Source of the DNA: Lobosporangium transversale
Taxonomy: Eukaryota
Assembly: GCF_002105155.1 (NCBI RefSeq)
Contig: NW_019029016.1
Coordinates: 124,001-188,000 of the forward strand
DNA length: 64,000 nt
Direction: 5' to 3'
Part shown: in pieces, positions 50,357 to 60,868 of the stretch
How positions within the stretch are numbered: position 1 is the first letter of the stretch
How the letters are laid out: every line of letters starts with the position of its first letter
Position numbers and translations under genes: made by a program
Notes under the pieces: generated by a model
What the model saw: only the letters and a program-made list of their open reading frames with translations
Database searches by the model: none
Told to the model about the DNA's origin: nothing

Positions 50357-51068
50357 GGTCTATTGCTTGTCTTTTTACTCGTAGATTGTATCCTATCCAC
50401 GCCTCTGAGAGAGAATGACTATTTGTCAGTGGTGAATGTGAAAAAATGTTTTCTTGTGCGCCAGTCATGTTAGCCCGTCTCTTACATGCTGTATGCTTCA
50501 AAAGATTCGAATTGAACTAATAAAAAGAAACGCAATTGGAATTGTCTGATGTGATGAAGGATGAAGGATGAAGGATGAAAGATGAAGGATGAAGAGATGA
50601 TGAAAGATTAGAAGCATGCGTCTGCCTGCCTTTGTGCGACTGTTGCTTTGGCAGTCTACATTCAGCTGAAATTGTTGCACATTTGCTACTTTTTTCTTTT
50701 TTACAATGCGTGTCGACTAAAGGTCAATTGGTTTTTTTTGTTTCTGTTCGAATGATCATATTTTCAAATGTGTTTAATATTGGTTTTTTTTTTTTGGCAC
50801 AAGAATGAAGTGAATGGAGTGAATGAGGATGGAGCCGTGAGAACATGCTTGTGTATCTGGGCTGTGCAGGAATGTTTACATGCATGGTATGGGAAACATT
50901 GTCTACGGTACCATGTCCGTATGTGTGTGTCACCTTTCTTCATTGAAAATCCGACGAGAAATAAAGAAAAATAAACTAAATAAAAAGATCCCTCTGCCCT
51001 GCAACTCTGATCTTTCTTCTCGTCGCTCCTGGAACTCATCCGTTGCAGACTATTATCTATTCGTTCCA

Positions 51069-51998
51069 ATGAGCGACAATTCTACCGACAACACTCATAA
51101 TGCACTCCTTCATGAAATCAACACTCTTCGTCAGCAGGTGGCTGCCCTTACGCAGGCCAACCCTTCCTCCTCTTCCCCTTCCCCCATCACCATTGATCGC
51201 CCACAGGCCAAGATACTTGTCCTCTCTGATACCCTCAAAGCGGCTGTACCTTCCCTTGACGGCTCTCATTTCTTCCGTCCCCCGGACAACTCTGGCGACG
51301 ATAACATCCTCACCGAGTACGTCCTCTATCCCAAGAACCCAGATCAGCAGTACAAAGCGCCCTCTCTTGAGTTGCCTTGGCCTCAGGAGACCACTTCTTT
51401 TCAACGAGTGGACAAGTGGTTATCCCAACTACAGGAACGTCAGGCCCACGCTACGCGACCCTTGGACGAATTCCTGGCAGAATACTTTCACAAAGTGCAC
51501 GATCCTGCATTACGGCAGATCGTCGCAGATTTTGGGCATGTCATGCGATCTCATCTGGCCGTTACAGCACGCCAAATCACCGATCTGCGCATGGATAATT
51601 TTGTGTACGCAAAGGGTCTCAAGCCAGCCCCTGATCATGAAAAGACTGCAACTATCACTAAAGATGATATTGCAGCCCGAATTAAAGCTGCTGAGGAGTA
51701 CCAGGAGGCCAGCAAGCCTCGCAAGACAGCTTTGCAAAACAGAGGATCCGGTCGCAATTCCGGTTCTCGCAGCAGGGGTATTTACTTTAACATGTACCCC
51801 CACCAGCAGCAACAGTTCCAGCAATTTCCATCACAATCGCAACCTTATTCACCAGCGAATCATCATCAAGCACAACAAGCCACACCTCCTCAGCTCACTT
51901 ACGGGTATGGAGAGCCCATGCATAACAACCAGCAGGGACAGTATTTTTACAGAGGCAGCCGTGGACGGGGACGCGGCAGCGCCAACAAGAGCCAGTAG
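51069..51998 (+). CDS. DIRS gag-like protein
   Basis: First ORF after the left ITR. Homologous to the first ORFs of the other DIRS copies ('LSQLQERQAHATRPLDEF'). Confidence 0.8.
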   Translation: MSDNSTDNTHNALLHEINTLRQQVAALTQANPSSSSPSPITIDRPQAKILVLSDTLKAAVPSLDGSHFFRPPDNSGDDNILTEYVLYPKNPDQQYKAPSLELPWPQETTSFQRVDKWLSQLQERQAHATRPLDEFLAEYFHKVHDPALRQIVADFGHVMRSHLAVTARQITDLRMDNFVYAKGLKPAPDHEKTATITKDDIAARIKAAEEYQEASKPRKTALQNRGSGRNSGSRSRGIYFNMYPHQQQQFQQFPSQSQPYSPANHHQAQQATPPQLTYGYGEPMHNNQQGQYFYRGSRGRGRGSANKSQ

Positions 51999-52063
51999 GG
52001 GGCCGTCTGCACCTCTACTCGAGGGCTTGGAGGCTCCTCACGGACGACAGGTGGGTCCGCTCC

Positions 52064-53869
52064 GTGATTGGAAACGGTTTTCAGATTCCCTTCCACAGAC
52101 AACCTCCAATAACACACACATCAAGAGCCCTTTCCCCGCATCTATCCAAGGAGGAGACACTGGCGATAGAGAACGAAGTGATCGCACTTCTGGCCAAAAA
52201 AGCCATAGAGCACGCTTCGGGACCTGGTTTCCAGAGTCGTTTGTTTACTATCCCCAAGAAGACAGGGGACCTCCGGCCTGTCCTCAACCTACGTCCTCTC
52301 AATCAATTTATCATCACAGACTCGTTCAAGATGGAGACGATTCAGGTAGTATGCAATACCCTTCAGAAGAACGATTATTTGACGAGCATCGATCTCAAAG
52401 ATGCTTTCCTTCATGTGCTGATTCATCCACATTTTCGTCCTTACCTTCAGTTTCAGTGGAAGGGTCAGCTGTATCAGTTTCGCACTCTACCTTTCGGGAT
52501 GTCACTGTCGCCGTTAGTCTTCACGAAGGTCCTACGCCCGGTGTTGAGATGGGCGAGGCGTCGAGGAATACGGCTGACAGCTTACATCGACGATCTGTTG
52601 ATCATGGCCAACTCCAAAGCCCAAGCAGAAGAGCACACGAATCTTGTCCTGGACAAACTCAAGTCTCTTGGATTCCTCATCAACAAGGAGAAATCCTCTC
52701 TGATGCCAACGAAATGTCTAGATCATCTGGGTTTCACCATCAACACCACCGACATGACCCTCTCGGTACCGAAGTCCAAGGTCAGGGACATACGGCGAGA
52801 AGCAGCGAAGATGCTCAGCAAGGGATGGACGACGGTTCGCAACTTGGCTACGTTCATAGGGAAAGCCATGGCGACGACAGCAGCAGTATTTCCAGCTCGT
52901 CTAATGACGCGGCATCTTCTGGCATTGAAGAACAGAGCACTCAGCCATCAGGGGTCATCTTGGGAAGCGACGATCTCACTGGACGACAGAGCTCGAGCCG
53001 ATCTGGATTGGTGGACACACCAACTCAAGGAGTGGAACGGGACGTCATGGATTCAGTCGCCAACTCAGATGGACGTGTACACAGACGCCTCCGACCAAGG
53101 CTGGGGGATCGTCATAGGGCAGCGCACTTGGACAGGGCTATGGCCACCAAACATACGCCACCAACACATCAATTTAAAAGAGTTACTAACCGTGTACTAC
53201 GCAGTCACTCTACCGCAAACACAAGGGAGGATGCTCAACCTAGTAATCGACAACACAACCACCATCGCTTACATCAACCGGTTCGGCGGAACTCGTTCAC
53301 AACCTCTGATGGACCTGGCGGACAAAATATGGAAGCATTGTCTAGCAACAGGCACAAGACTCAGGACCACATATGTACCTTCAGTATTCAATCCAGCAGA
53401 TGCACCATCACGCCGGATGCAAGCGCAGCTCGAATGGAGGCTGGACCCGTCATTTTTCCGTCGTCTAGACCAGCAGTGGGGGCCTCATCGGATAGACCTC
53501 TTTGCATCGCCCAGCAACAACCAGCTTCCTCAGTTCATGACATGGAAACCTCATCCTTTGGCAGTGGACTTCGATGCGCTGAGACACAAGTGGAGCCACT
53601 TGGGCAACCTTTACATCTGTCCTCCATGGAACTTACTTCCAAGGATCCTGCAGAAGCTAGACCAGGAAGGCCTGGAAGCGACCATAATTACTCCATTTTG
53701 GCCATCGGCGATTTGGTTCCCGAAGATACAGGCAATGGCGACCCAACCCCCTTTACCGATTCCACGAACATGTGTTCTCCCTCCACCAGGAAGCGACGCG
53801 CACATCCTGCTCAAGAATCCACACTGGGGCCTTACCGCGTGGAGAGTAAGAGGACGAGGATGCTCATAG
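52064..53869 (+). CDS. DIRS reverse transcriptase-RNase H-adenine methylase-like polyprotein
   Basis: IDLKDAF, LPFG, YIDD, YTDAS, INLKEL, DNTT, ADAPSR, DLFA and ICPPW motifs. The frame is open slightly upstream ('PVGGRL'). Confidence 0.95.
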   Translation: MIGNGFQIPFHRQPPITHTSRALSPHLSKEETLAIENEVIALLAKKAIEHASGPGFQSRLFTIPKKTGDLRPVLNLRPLNQFIITDSFKMETIQVVCNTLQKNDYLTSIDLKDAFLHVLIHPHFRPYLQFQWKGQLYQFRTLPFGMSLSPLVFTKVLRPVLRWARRRGIRLTAYIDDLLIMANSKAQAEEHTNLVLDKLKSLGFLINKEKSSLMPTKCLDHLGFTINTTDMTLSVPKSKVRDIRREAAKMLSKGWTTVRNLATFIGKAMATTAAVFPARLMTRHLLALKNRALSHQGSSWEATISLDDRARADLDWWTHQLKEWNGTSWIQSPTQMDVYTDASDQGWGIVIGQRTWTGLWPPNIRHQHINLKELLTVYYAVTLPQTQGRMLNLVIDNTTTIAYINRFGGTRSQPLMDLADKIWKHCLATGTRLRTTYVPSVFNPADAPSRRMQAQLEWRLDPSFFRRLDQQWGPHRIDLFASPSNNQLPQFMTWKPHPLAVDFDALRHKWSHLGNLYICPPWNLLPRILQKLDQEGLEATIITPFWPSAIWFPKIQAMATQPPLPIPRTCVLPPPGSDAHILLKNPHWGLTAWRVRGRGCS

Positions 53870-54825
53870 ATGGCCTCTCGCCAGCGGTGACTGAGTTTAT
53901 CTGTGCTCACAAAGGATCCAAGAGCACCAAGCGAGAGTACGAAAAGCATCAAGCTGAATTCGTCACTTGGCTGAAAGAGGGCTCGTTCGAACAAGGGATT
54001 AACCCCGCGATCCCAGTAGTGAACTGGCTACACTACGTGCGGGTCGCTCGCAATTTGAAGTGGTCCACGCTGATGACCATGAAGTCGGCTGTCCTCGCCC
54101 TATTTCGTGACCCAGAGAGAGTACGATCAGATGAATACTACCGCCAGTTCCTCAAGGCTGGAAAGCAAGAAGGTGTCGTTGAGTCCAGGTCTGGTCACTT
54201 TGACATCACACCTGTTTTGGACCATTTTCGGCAGTCATCAGCAAATATGGAGTTGCCTTTTGAGGAGCTTACATGGAAGCTGTGTTGGCTCTTAGGCGTC
54301 TGTGGCTTCATGAGACCAGACGACATCAGATGTGTAGATGTCAGTCTCTCCAAGATTGTGTTAGGGAAGCTTCAGCTTGTTGTTGTTTTCCCAAAAGAGA
54401 AGAGTGATGGACAACGTATCATTAAGCATGTGACCATTGGTTCTCACTTTGACAAGAAGCTATGCCCTGTCGACGCATACACCGCTTACCTGGACAGGCT
54501 GTCTTGTCCTTCCACTACCTCTCCTCATCCGAAGGACCCAACAAGAAGCATTGTACCTTTGATTAGATTTGTGAAAGACCACACCCAGCCGGCGCGTGCG
54601 ACTACTATTGGCTCCCACATGAGTAGGATTTCTTCGCTGATGGATTTAGGAGACAAGAAAGCTCCTAAGCTCCGAGCCTTAGGTTCTACGCTCGCGGCTA
54701 TAGCAGGCGTACCAGTGGCTGATATCATGGTGCAGGGGAATTGGTCGTCCCCGAAAGTCTTCGAGAAGCACTACCGTTTGTCGAGTGCCACCTCCAACAA
54801 CATGTCCATGAGCACTCTAGGCTAG
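53860..54825 (+). CDS. DIRS tyrosine recombinase (frame open from 51100)
   Basis: 'GFMRPDD', 'PKEK', 'LCPVDAY', 'KLRALGST' and 'GNWSS...EKHY' catalytic R-K-R-W-Y pattern. Confidence 0.93.
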   Translation: MLIDGLSPAVTEFICAHKGSKSTKREYEKHQAEFVTWLKEGSFEQGINPAIPVVNWLHYVRVARNLKWSTLMTMKSAVLALFRDPERVRSDEYYRQFLKAGKQEGVVESRSGHFDITPVLDHFRQSSANMELPFEELTWKLCWLLGVCGFMRPDDIRCVDVSLSKIVLGKLQLVVVFPKEKSDGQRIIKHVTIGSHFDKKLCPVDAYTAYLDRLSCPSTTSPHPKDPTRSIVPLIRFVKDHTQPARATTIGSHMSRISSLMDLGDKKAPKLRALGSTLAAIAGVPVADIMVQGNWSSPKVFEKHYRLSSATSNNMSMSTLG

Positions 54826-54915
54826 ATTTTCTTTAGTTAGTTGTTCATTTCGTTCAGTTTTCTTTTAGTTTTAGTTTTGTTTTAGTTTAGTTCTCTTTGG
54901 CGATCCCTCTGGAGC

Positions 54916-55007
54916 CACATACGGACATGGTACCGTAGACAATGGTCTACTGAATGGTCTACGAAGGACGACCTATTCACATTGTCATAGGTACCATGGA
55001 CGTATGT
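54916..55007. repeat. Internal complementary region (ICR) of DIRS 2
   Basis: First part is the reverse complement of 50898-50925 and second part of ~55137-55203. The two overlap at AAT (GTAGAC-AAT-GGTCTAC). Confidence 0.97.
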
Positions 55008-55779
55008 CCCACCCACACCACCCCTTTTTGGCTCGAGAAGTAGATGTAGATCAGAGTTGCAGGGCAGAGGGATCTTTTTATTTAGTTTATTTTTCTTTAT
55101 TTCTCGTCGGATTTTCAATGAAGAAAGGTGACACACACATACGTCCATGGTACCTATGACAATGTGAATAGGTCGTCCTTCGTAGACCATTCAGTAGACC
55201 ATTTTTCGGCCGTGACAGGTGAGGCTCCTCTCAAGATGCTCTGTTATTAAGCCCATTCAGTCCCTGAAGTTCAAAATACAAATTTTACTGTTTATTCCTT
55301 TACATACATTATTTATTTGGATTCATTGTTTCTAACGATTTGTAACCCGCCTCCACCACATGTCCCATTTTTCCCACCATTTCAGAAAGACTGATCACCT
55401 GACGTTGCAATCCTTGGATTGTTTCGTTTTGCATTGTGGGCTAAAACAGCAAAAGTCAAAGTAGTATTCTAGGGGATCCTGCTGCAAGGAATGCTCTAGA
55501 AAATTGGGCGAAATGCTGTGTCATACAAAATCATAATAGCAATGTCGCTTGCAAAAACCCATAATCCATATTGATGACGCTGGATGTTGACGATGTTGAA
55601 TTACGCATTTCCGTTGGTATAGGCGGAGGGACATGGAATGGAAGAGGGATTTTGATAGGGATTTTTGAATCGATTAAGTCCGGTTCACCCATCACCACAA
55701 TGATTGGACACATTGTTCTGAAATGTTGACAGTTTTTGAAGTGATTTAAAACCACATCACGGTCTCGATATCTATTTCG

Positions 55780-56954
55780 GCAGACGCAAGTGTAGTCCCA
55801 TTCATTATTGGAATCTCGACATGCCGAAAATATACGCGTAATATTGACAGTTGGGATATTCTACTCAAATGCGACAGCACTGTTAAAATGATAACGGCAA
55901 TAATGATCTTTCAGATCTTTCGGTAAGTCCCTGTAAGGTTTACTTTTTGGTTCATCCAGACCATAGGAACGAATTTGATCTAAGGAAATGTCTTTTTTGT
56001 TGCAAAAGTTGAATGAGCATCGTTCAATTGTGGCAACACGGTTTTCATTATTGTAAGCAACTTGGAATAGAGAAGATGGTGGAAAAATTAATAGAAAAAT
56101 AAAAAAAGGCAAATGTACATGTAGACAAAATCATACGGTTTCTGAACTGCTATACGAAATTTCAACATTTGAACGTATTTTATGAAGTGTGAAAGCTCCA
56201 CGAATGAAGTTCCAAGTGATGTCGCAGAATGCTTCTCTTTCACTAAGGGTCCCTTGAAGTCGCTCAGTAAAGGTAAAATGATGGTCACTAAGGCCAAAAA
56301 AAAAAAAAAAAAAAAAAAAAAGGTAAGAAAACTTTTAAAGAATTGTTGATATTATAAATAAATCATCTAATTTACTTAGTATGATGATACTGTTTCCATC
56401 AGATATCGGTAAGTGGGGTTTTCGAATCTTCCGTACTTAGTCAGCGCTTTTGTTACATCTTCAAATGTGATGACATCCGGTTTGAATACCGTAGAACAGA
56501 TAGAATCGAATTCAGGAAATGACAACGAATGCTTCTTTGCGATAGGTTGCAAGAAAATGTAAGAACAAGGATGTATCGGATTCTTGCGATAGTAAGATCC
56601 GCGAAGCCTTTCCCAGTGCTGCAGAAAAAGGGAGAAGAATGAACGAAAGTCTTGAAGCGTAAAAAATAGTCGTGTCCCTTGTACTTCCATAGTTTCATAC
56701 GCTTCCTAATTTTATGTTGCTCAAATAGATCTTTTACATTCATGTCTCAAAAAAGTATATGAGTGAAATGTAATTTACCTTGATAAATATCATTTTGCTG
56801 TAAATCAGTTACAAATGATGACCAAAAAGAGTTTCCACTTTTCTCTTTCCATCGAACGAAAGCGTCCTTCAGCAAAAGACGTTTTTTATCTTTTAGTTTA
56901 TGTTGTCTGTCGGAAAGGTAGGAGGAATAAAGATGCTCTGCCTGCGATTTTGAT
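55780..56954 (-). other. Multi-exon hypothetical gene fragment cut at its 5' side by DIRS 3
   Basis: Several coding-like minus-strand ORF pieces (56747..56977, 56376..56690, 56088..56297, 55861..56112) separated by intron-like tracts. No recognised domain. Confidence 0.4.
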
Positions 56955-57152
56955 ATTATCCATCGAGCCAGGACCATATATGTGTTATCTTCTTTTATTG
57001 CCTAATTTAGCGAACTTTTCAGAAAACTACCCTTAAATAAAAGAAATAAGCTATATAAATCTGCTCTGCTACCAAGTTGGATCTGCATCTTCTTGATAGT
57101 GAGCCAGGAACGTATCCGCATTCATTTTAGATCACTACTGCTACTTCCCCTT

Positions 57153-58065
57153 ATGTCTATCACTCAAGATGAAACCATCGCTTCACTTCAACAACAACTG
57201 GCTACGTTGGCTAGCCAATTCGCTGATCTTCAGCGCTCCAAGGAGGAACAAGATCCAGCCATGGAGACCCCTACTCTCATTCAAACTTACAAGCCCACAC
57301 AAGATGATCTCGAACGCTTCCCCTTCTTGGAACCAAAAGATCCTTCTTCCGTCTTTCAACAAGACATTACCGACGAGGAGCTTTGGGAACAGTTCAGACA
57401 ATTTCCAAAAAACATTCATTGGCCATATGAACCTCCCAAGCTCCCTTCAGCTGTTTCTCTTAAAACCCATCAAAAACATCATGATCAACAACTTCGAGCG
57501 CTACAAAAACGGTTACTCAACCTTACTCGCCCACTACATTTGTTCGCTCACCAAACCACTTCCATGGAAATCGATGATAAAATGGGTACCGAAGACATCG
57601 CCGACATTTGCGGCACCTTTGTCACACTTATGCAGGAACAGATTACTGGTACGATCGGCAGGATCAACAACATGCGACTTGAAAATCTTCATGCCGCAAT
57701 GGGCTCAACCTACAAGCAAACATCATTGGAACTTGTGGATCCAACTAAATTCCAGGAGGAGATTAAGACCCTTACAAAATTTTTTCAGCCCCCGACAGTT
57801 TCAAACTAGCAGTAGTTCAGATAGAAAAAATAAGACAAACTCTAATTCGTCTTACAACTACAAATTTGGCAACAAAAGCAACGAAGGCCGTTATTTTTAC
57901 GGGGACAACAATTACAGACGGGGGGACAACAACTACAGGCGAGGAGACAGCAACAGCCGAAGAAAGGACAGCAGCTACCGGAGATCAGACAGCCGCCGGA
58001 GAGACCGAAGCAGCAGTCGCCGACGACAAGAGAGAAAGTCGGGGGAAGAATCACACTCTTCTTAA
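57153..58065 (+). pseudogene. DIRS gag-like, frameshifted near 57790
   Basis: ORF 57093..57809 ('LQKRLLNLTRPLHLF'), with the RG/RS-rich tail in another frame ending at 58065. Confidence 0.7.
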
Positions 58066-58136
58066 ACGCATGGCGGAATGTTACAAAAGATCGAACACTC
58101 CTAGAGATAGTCAAGGAAGGTTACTCTATCCCGCTC

Positions 58137-59936
58137 TTGAACGCACCCCCAATTTCAACATCCCATCCTCCACCTTACCCGCTATCGGAGAAGGCGACAA
58201 AGAGTGTGGACAACGAAGTGTCCGCTTTGCTAACGAAGGGTGCAATAGAATTCGCGAGTGGACCCGGATTTACAAGTCCGCTCTTCACAATCCCCAAAAA
58301 GACTGGAGACGAAAGACCTGTCCTAAACCTGAAAGCATTAAACCAGTACTTACCTACACAACACTTCAAGATGGAGACAATCCATCAAGTATGCAATCTA
58401 ATAAAGAAAAACGATTATCTTACCAGTATAGATCTGAGCGATGCATTTCTTCATGTGCCGATACACCCAGCATCACGAAAATATCTTCAATTCCAATGGA
58501 GGGAACAACTGTACCAATTCAAGGTCCTACCATTCGGACTCTCCCTAGCACCATTGATTTTCACCAAGATACTGAAGCCTCTACTTCAATGGGCACGAAC
58601 AAAAGGAATAAGAATATCAGCTTACCTCGACGGCCTGATAATCGCAGCACCGAGCAAGGAATCATCCCAACGTGCAACAGCACTAGTCTTGACAAAACTG
58701 AAGAGCCTAGGTTTCTTGACAAAGGAATCCAAGTCGAGTCTTCAACCGAAACAGATACTGGAACATCTGGGATTCGAGATAGATACAACGACGATGACCC
58801 TGAGTGTACCGGGCAAGAAAATCCGGGACATTCGTCGAGAAGCGTCCAAACTGGCCAACAAGGGGATCTGCACAGTCCGTCAGCTATCATCCTTCATAGG
58901 CAAAGCGAGCGCAATGACAGCCGCAGTCTTTCCGGCTCGCCTCAAGGTTCAGCACCTCATGGCAGACAAGATTCATGCATTGAAATTGGATCCCTCATGG
59001 GAACGCTCAATATCTCTGTCAACCAAAGCAACGGAGGAACTCCTTTGGTGGAGGACACATCTCAAATCATGGAATGGGAAGACATGGATCGCAATCAACC
59101 CAGAAGTCGACATTTACACCGACGCATCGGATTCAGGATGGGGCGTAGTCATCAACAACCAGACAATCAAGGGATCTTGGTCAGACAGTCTTCGAGAACG
59201 ACACATCAATTACAAGGAAATGCAGGCCATTTTCTACGCCCTGAAACAACCAGAAGTGAGGGGACGCACAGTGAACGTGATAACGGACAACATCACGACA
59301 ATGGCTTACATCAACCACTTCGGCGGGACACGATCTCCAGCACTGATGACGCTAGCGACATCGATATGGGAATGGTGCTTGAAAACAGAGACAAGGATCA
59401 AGACAACCTACGTGCCCTCAGCATTCAACCCCGCAGACGCCCCATCCCGGCGCCTGACAGAACAACTAGAATGGAGCATCGACAAAGAATTCTTCAAAAA
59501 GCTCCAAAGACGATGGGGCCCTCACCACGTCGATCTATTCGCCTCGCCAATAAACAACAAAGTGACGAAGTTCATGAGCTGGAAACCAACTGCAGGAGCA
59601 ATAGGGCACAACGCCCTTCAACATCATTGGCGCCAATTCGGCAACGTTTACTTATGCCCGCCGTGGAACCTCATCCCCCTAGTATTGGAGAAAATCCGAG
59701 AGGAGAAGATAGAAGCAACCTTAGTGACACCTTACTGGCCTTCGGCGATGTGGTATCCAACAATCAAGATGATGACAGTGGACCATCCAATACCAATGCC
59801 TCGCCATCAAGTTCTCCCAGCGCCGGGAAACGCACCAGACATTCTGGCCAAAAATCCCCATTGGTCATTATGCGCTTGGAGGGTAAGAGGCGACGACTCG
59901 AAGCGAAAGGCTTCGACCCAGCCACGGCATCGATAG
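58137..59936 (+). CDS. DIRS RT-RNase H-methylase-like polyprotein; RT motif reads YLDG, so probably inactive
   Basis: Same motifs as 52064..53869 but the second catalytic Asp is replaced by Gly. Confidence 0.9.
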   Translation: MNAPPISTSHPPPYPLSEKATKSVDNEVSALLTKGAIEFASGPGFTSPLFTIPKKTGDERPVLNLKALNQYLPTQHFKMETIHQVCNLIKKNDYLTSIDLSDAFLHVPIHPASRKYLQFQWREQLYQFKVLPFGLSLAPLIFTKILKPLLQWARTKGIRISAYLDGLIIAAPSKESSQRATALVLTKLKSLGFLTKESKSSLQPKQILEHLGFEIDTTTMTLSVPGKKIRDIRREASKLANKGICTVRQLSSFIGKASAMTAAVFPARLKVQHLMADKIHALKLDPSWERSISLSTKATEELLWWRTHLKSWNGKTWIAINPEVDIYTDASDSGWGVVINNQTIKGSWSDSLRERHINYKEMQAIFYALKQPEVRGRTVNVITDNITTMAYINHFGGTRSPALMTLATSIWEWCLKTETRIKTTYVPSAFNPADAPSRRLTEQLEWSIDKEFFKKLQRRWGPHHVDLFASPINNKVTKFMSWKPTAGAIGHNALQHHWRQFGNVYLCPPWNLIPLVLEKIREEKIEATLVTPYWPSAMWYPTIKMMTVDHPIPMPRHQVLPAPGNAPDILAKNPHWSLCAWRVRGDDSKRKASTQPRHR

Positions 59937-60868
59937 TTGTGGACAGTCCTGAGTTACAACGCAAGCAACGCGCATACGCCAAGATACAAGACAGGTATAT
60001 TCAGTGGGCCACAGCACGCAATGTAGACGCCATGGTACCACAGCCACCTCAACTATGTAACTGGCTTGCCTCCGGAGTCGCAATCCACGGATGGTCAGCT
60101 TCAACGGTGGACGCATATAAAGCCGCAGTCATTCATATGTATGACGACAAGAGCGCATTCAACGATCCGGACTTTCTGTTATTTTTCCAAACTCTACGTC
60201 GTCGTGAGATCAAGCATACAAAGGAACTCAATATAGACATCAAACCCGCTGTCGAATATTTACAACAACTAGGGCCTAACAGTTCTCTCACTCTCCTTAT
60301 TCTCACACAAAAACTGTGTTGGCTACTCGGTACATGTGGGTTTCTCCGACCAAACGATATCATGTGTATCGATCTATCAAATGACAAATTCCATATCGAT
60401 GGCATCGTTGTAGTCCTTCCAATTTTGATTCCCAAGGAAACACGTGGTGGCAGCAGGATATGCAAATACACCACAGTTAAGAATCACACCGACAGTTCCC
60501 TTTGCCCGGTGATGACCTTCACCGAATATCTCAAAAGGATTGAGACTCACGCTATCAGCGTACCACACCCTAAGGACCAAAGCATTCGATATCGTCCTTT
60601 AATACGAGATATCAGAGACCTCAAAAAACCCGTGGGAGCTGATCGAATAAGCAATCATATCTCAGCCATAAGCAGCAAGCTCATTCTTCCAAATGGCTCC
60701 AAGTTACCCAAAGCCAGGGCTATTGGTTCCACCCAAGCCATTAAACAAGGCGCCAGTGTCGACGATGTAGTGGTACAAGGCAATTGGTCTTCATCAATTC
60801 TGTTCGACAAGTTCTATCGACTGAACGCAGCAACAGCCACTAATTTCACCTCGATGATACTGTCTTAA
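59870..60868 (+). CDS. DIRS tyrosine recombinase (frame open from 57866)
   Basis: 'GFLRPND', 'PKETR', 'LCPV', 'KARAIGST' and 'GNWSS...DKFY'. Confidence 0.92.
   Translation: MRLEGKRRRLEAKGFDPATASIVVDSPELQRKQRAYAKIQDRYIQWATARNVDAMVPQPPQLCNWLASGVAIHGWSASTVDAYKAAVIHMYDDKSAFNDPDFLLFFQTLRRREIKHTKELNIDIKPAVEYLQQLGPNSSLTLLILTQKLCWLLGTCGFLRPNDIMCIDLSNDKFHIDGIVVVLPILIPKETRGGSRICKYTTVKNHTDSSLCPVMTFTEYLKRIETHAISVPHPKDQSIRYRPLIRDIRDLKKPVGADRISNHISAISSKLILPNGSKLPKARAIGSTQAIKQGASVDDVVVQGNWSSSILFDKFYRLNAATATNFTSMILS

Larger units (their letters stand above)
50898..55203 (+). mobile_element. DIRS retrotransposon 2, structurally complete
   Basis: ATT trinucleotide at both ends, 96-bp ITR cores (50918-51013 / 55048-55143), ICR 54916-55007, and open gag, RT-RH-MT and YR frames. 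Confidence 0.97.

Noticed and set aside
35933..60580. Numerous short antisense or alternative-frame ORFs inside NLR and DIRS genes
   Set aside because: Shadow ORFs of long coding regions without independent motifs.
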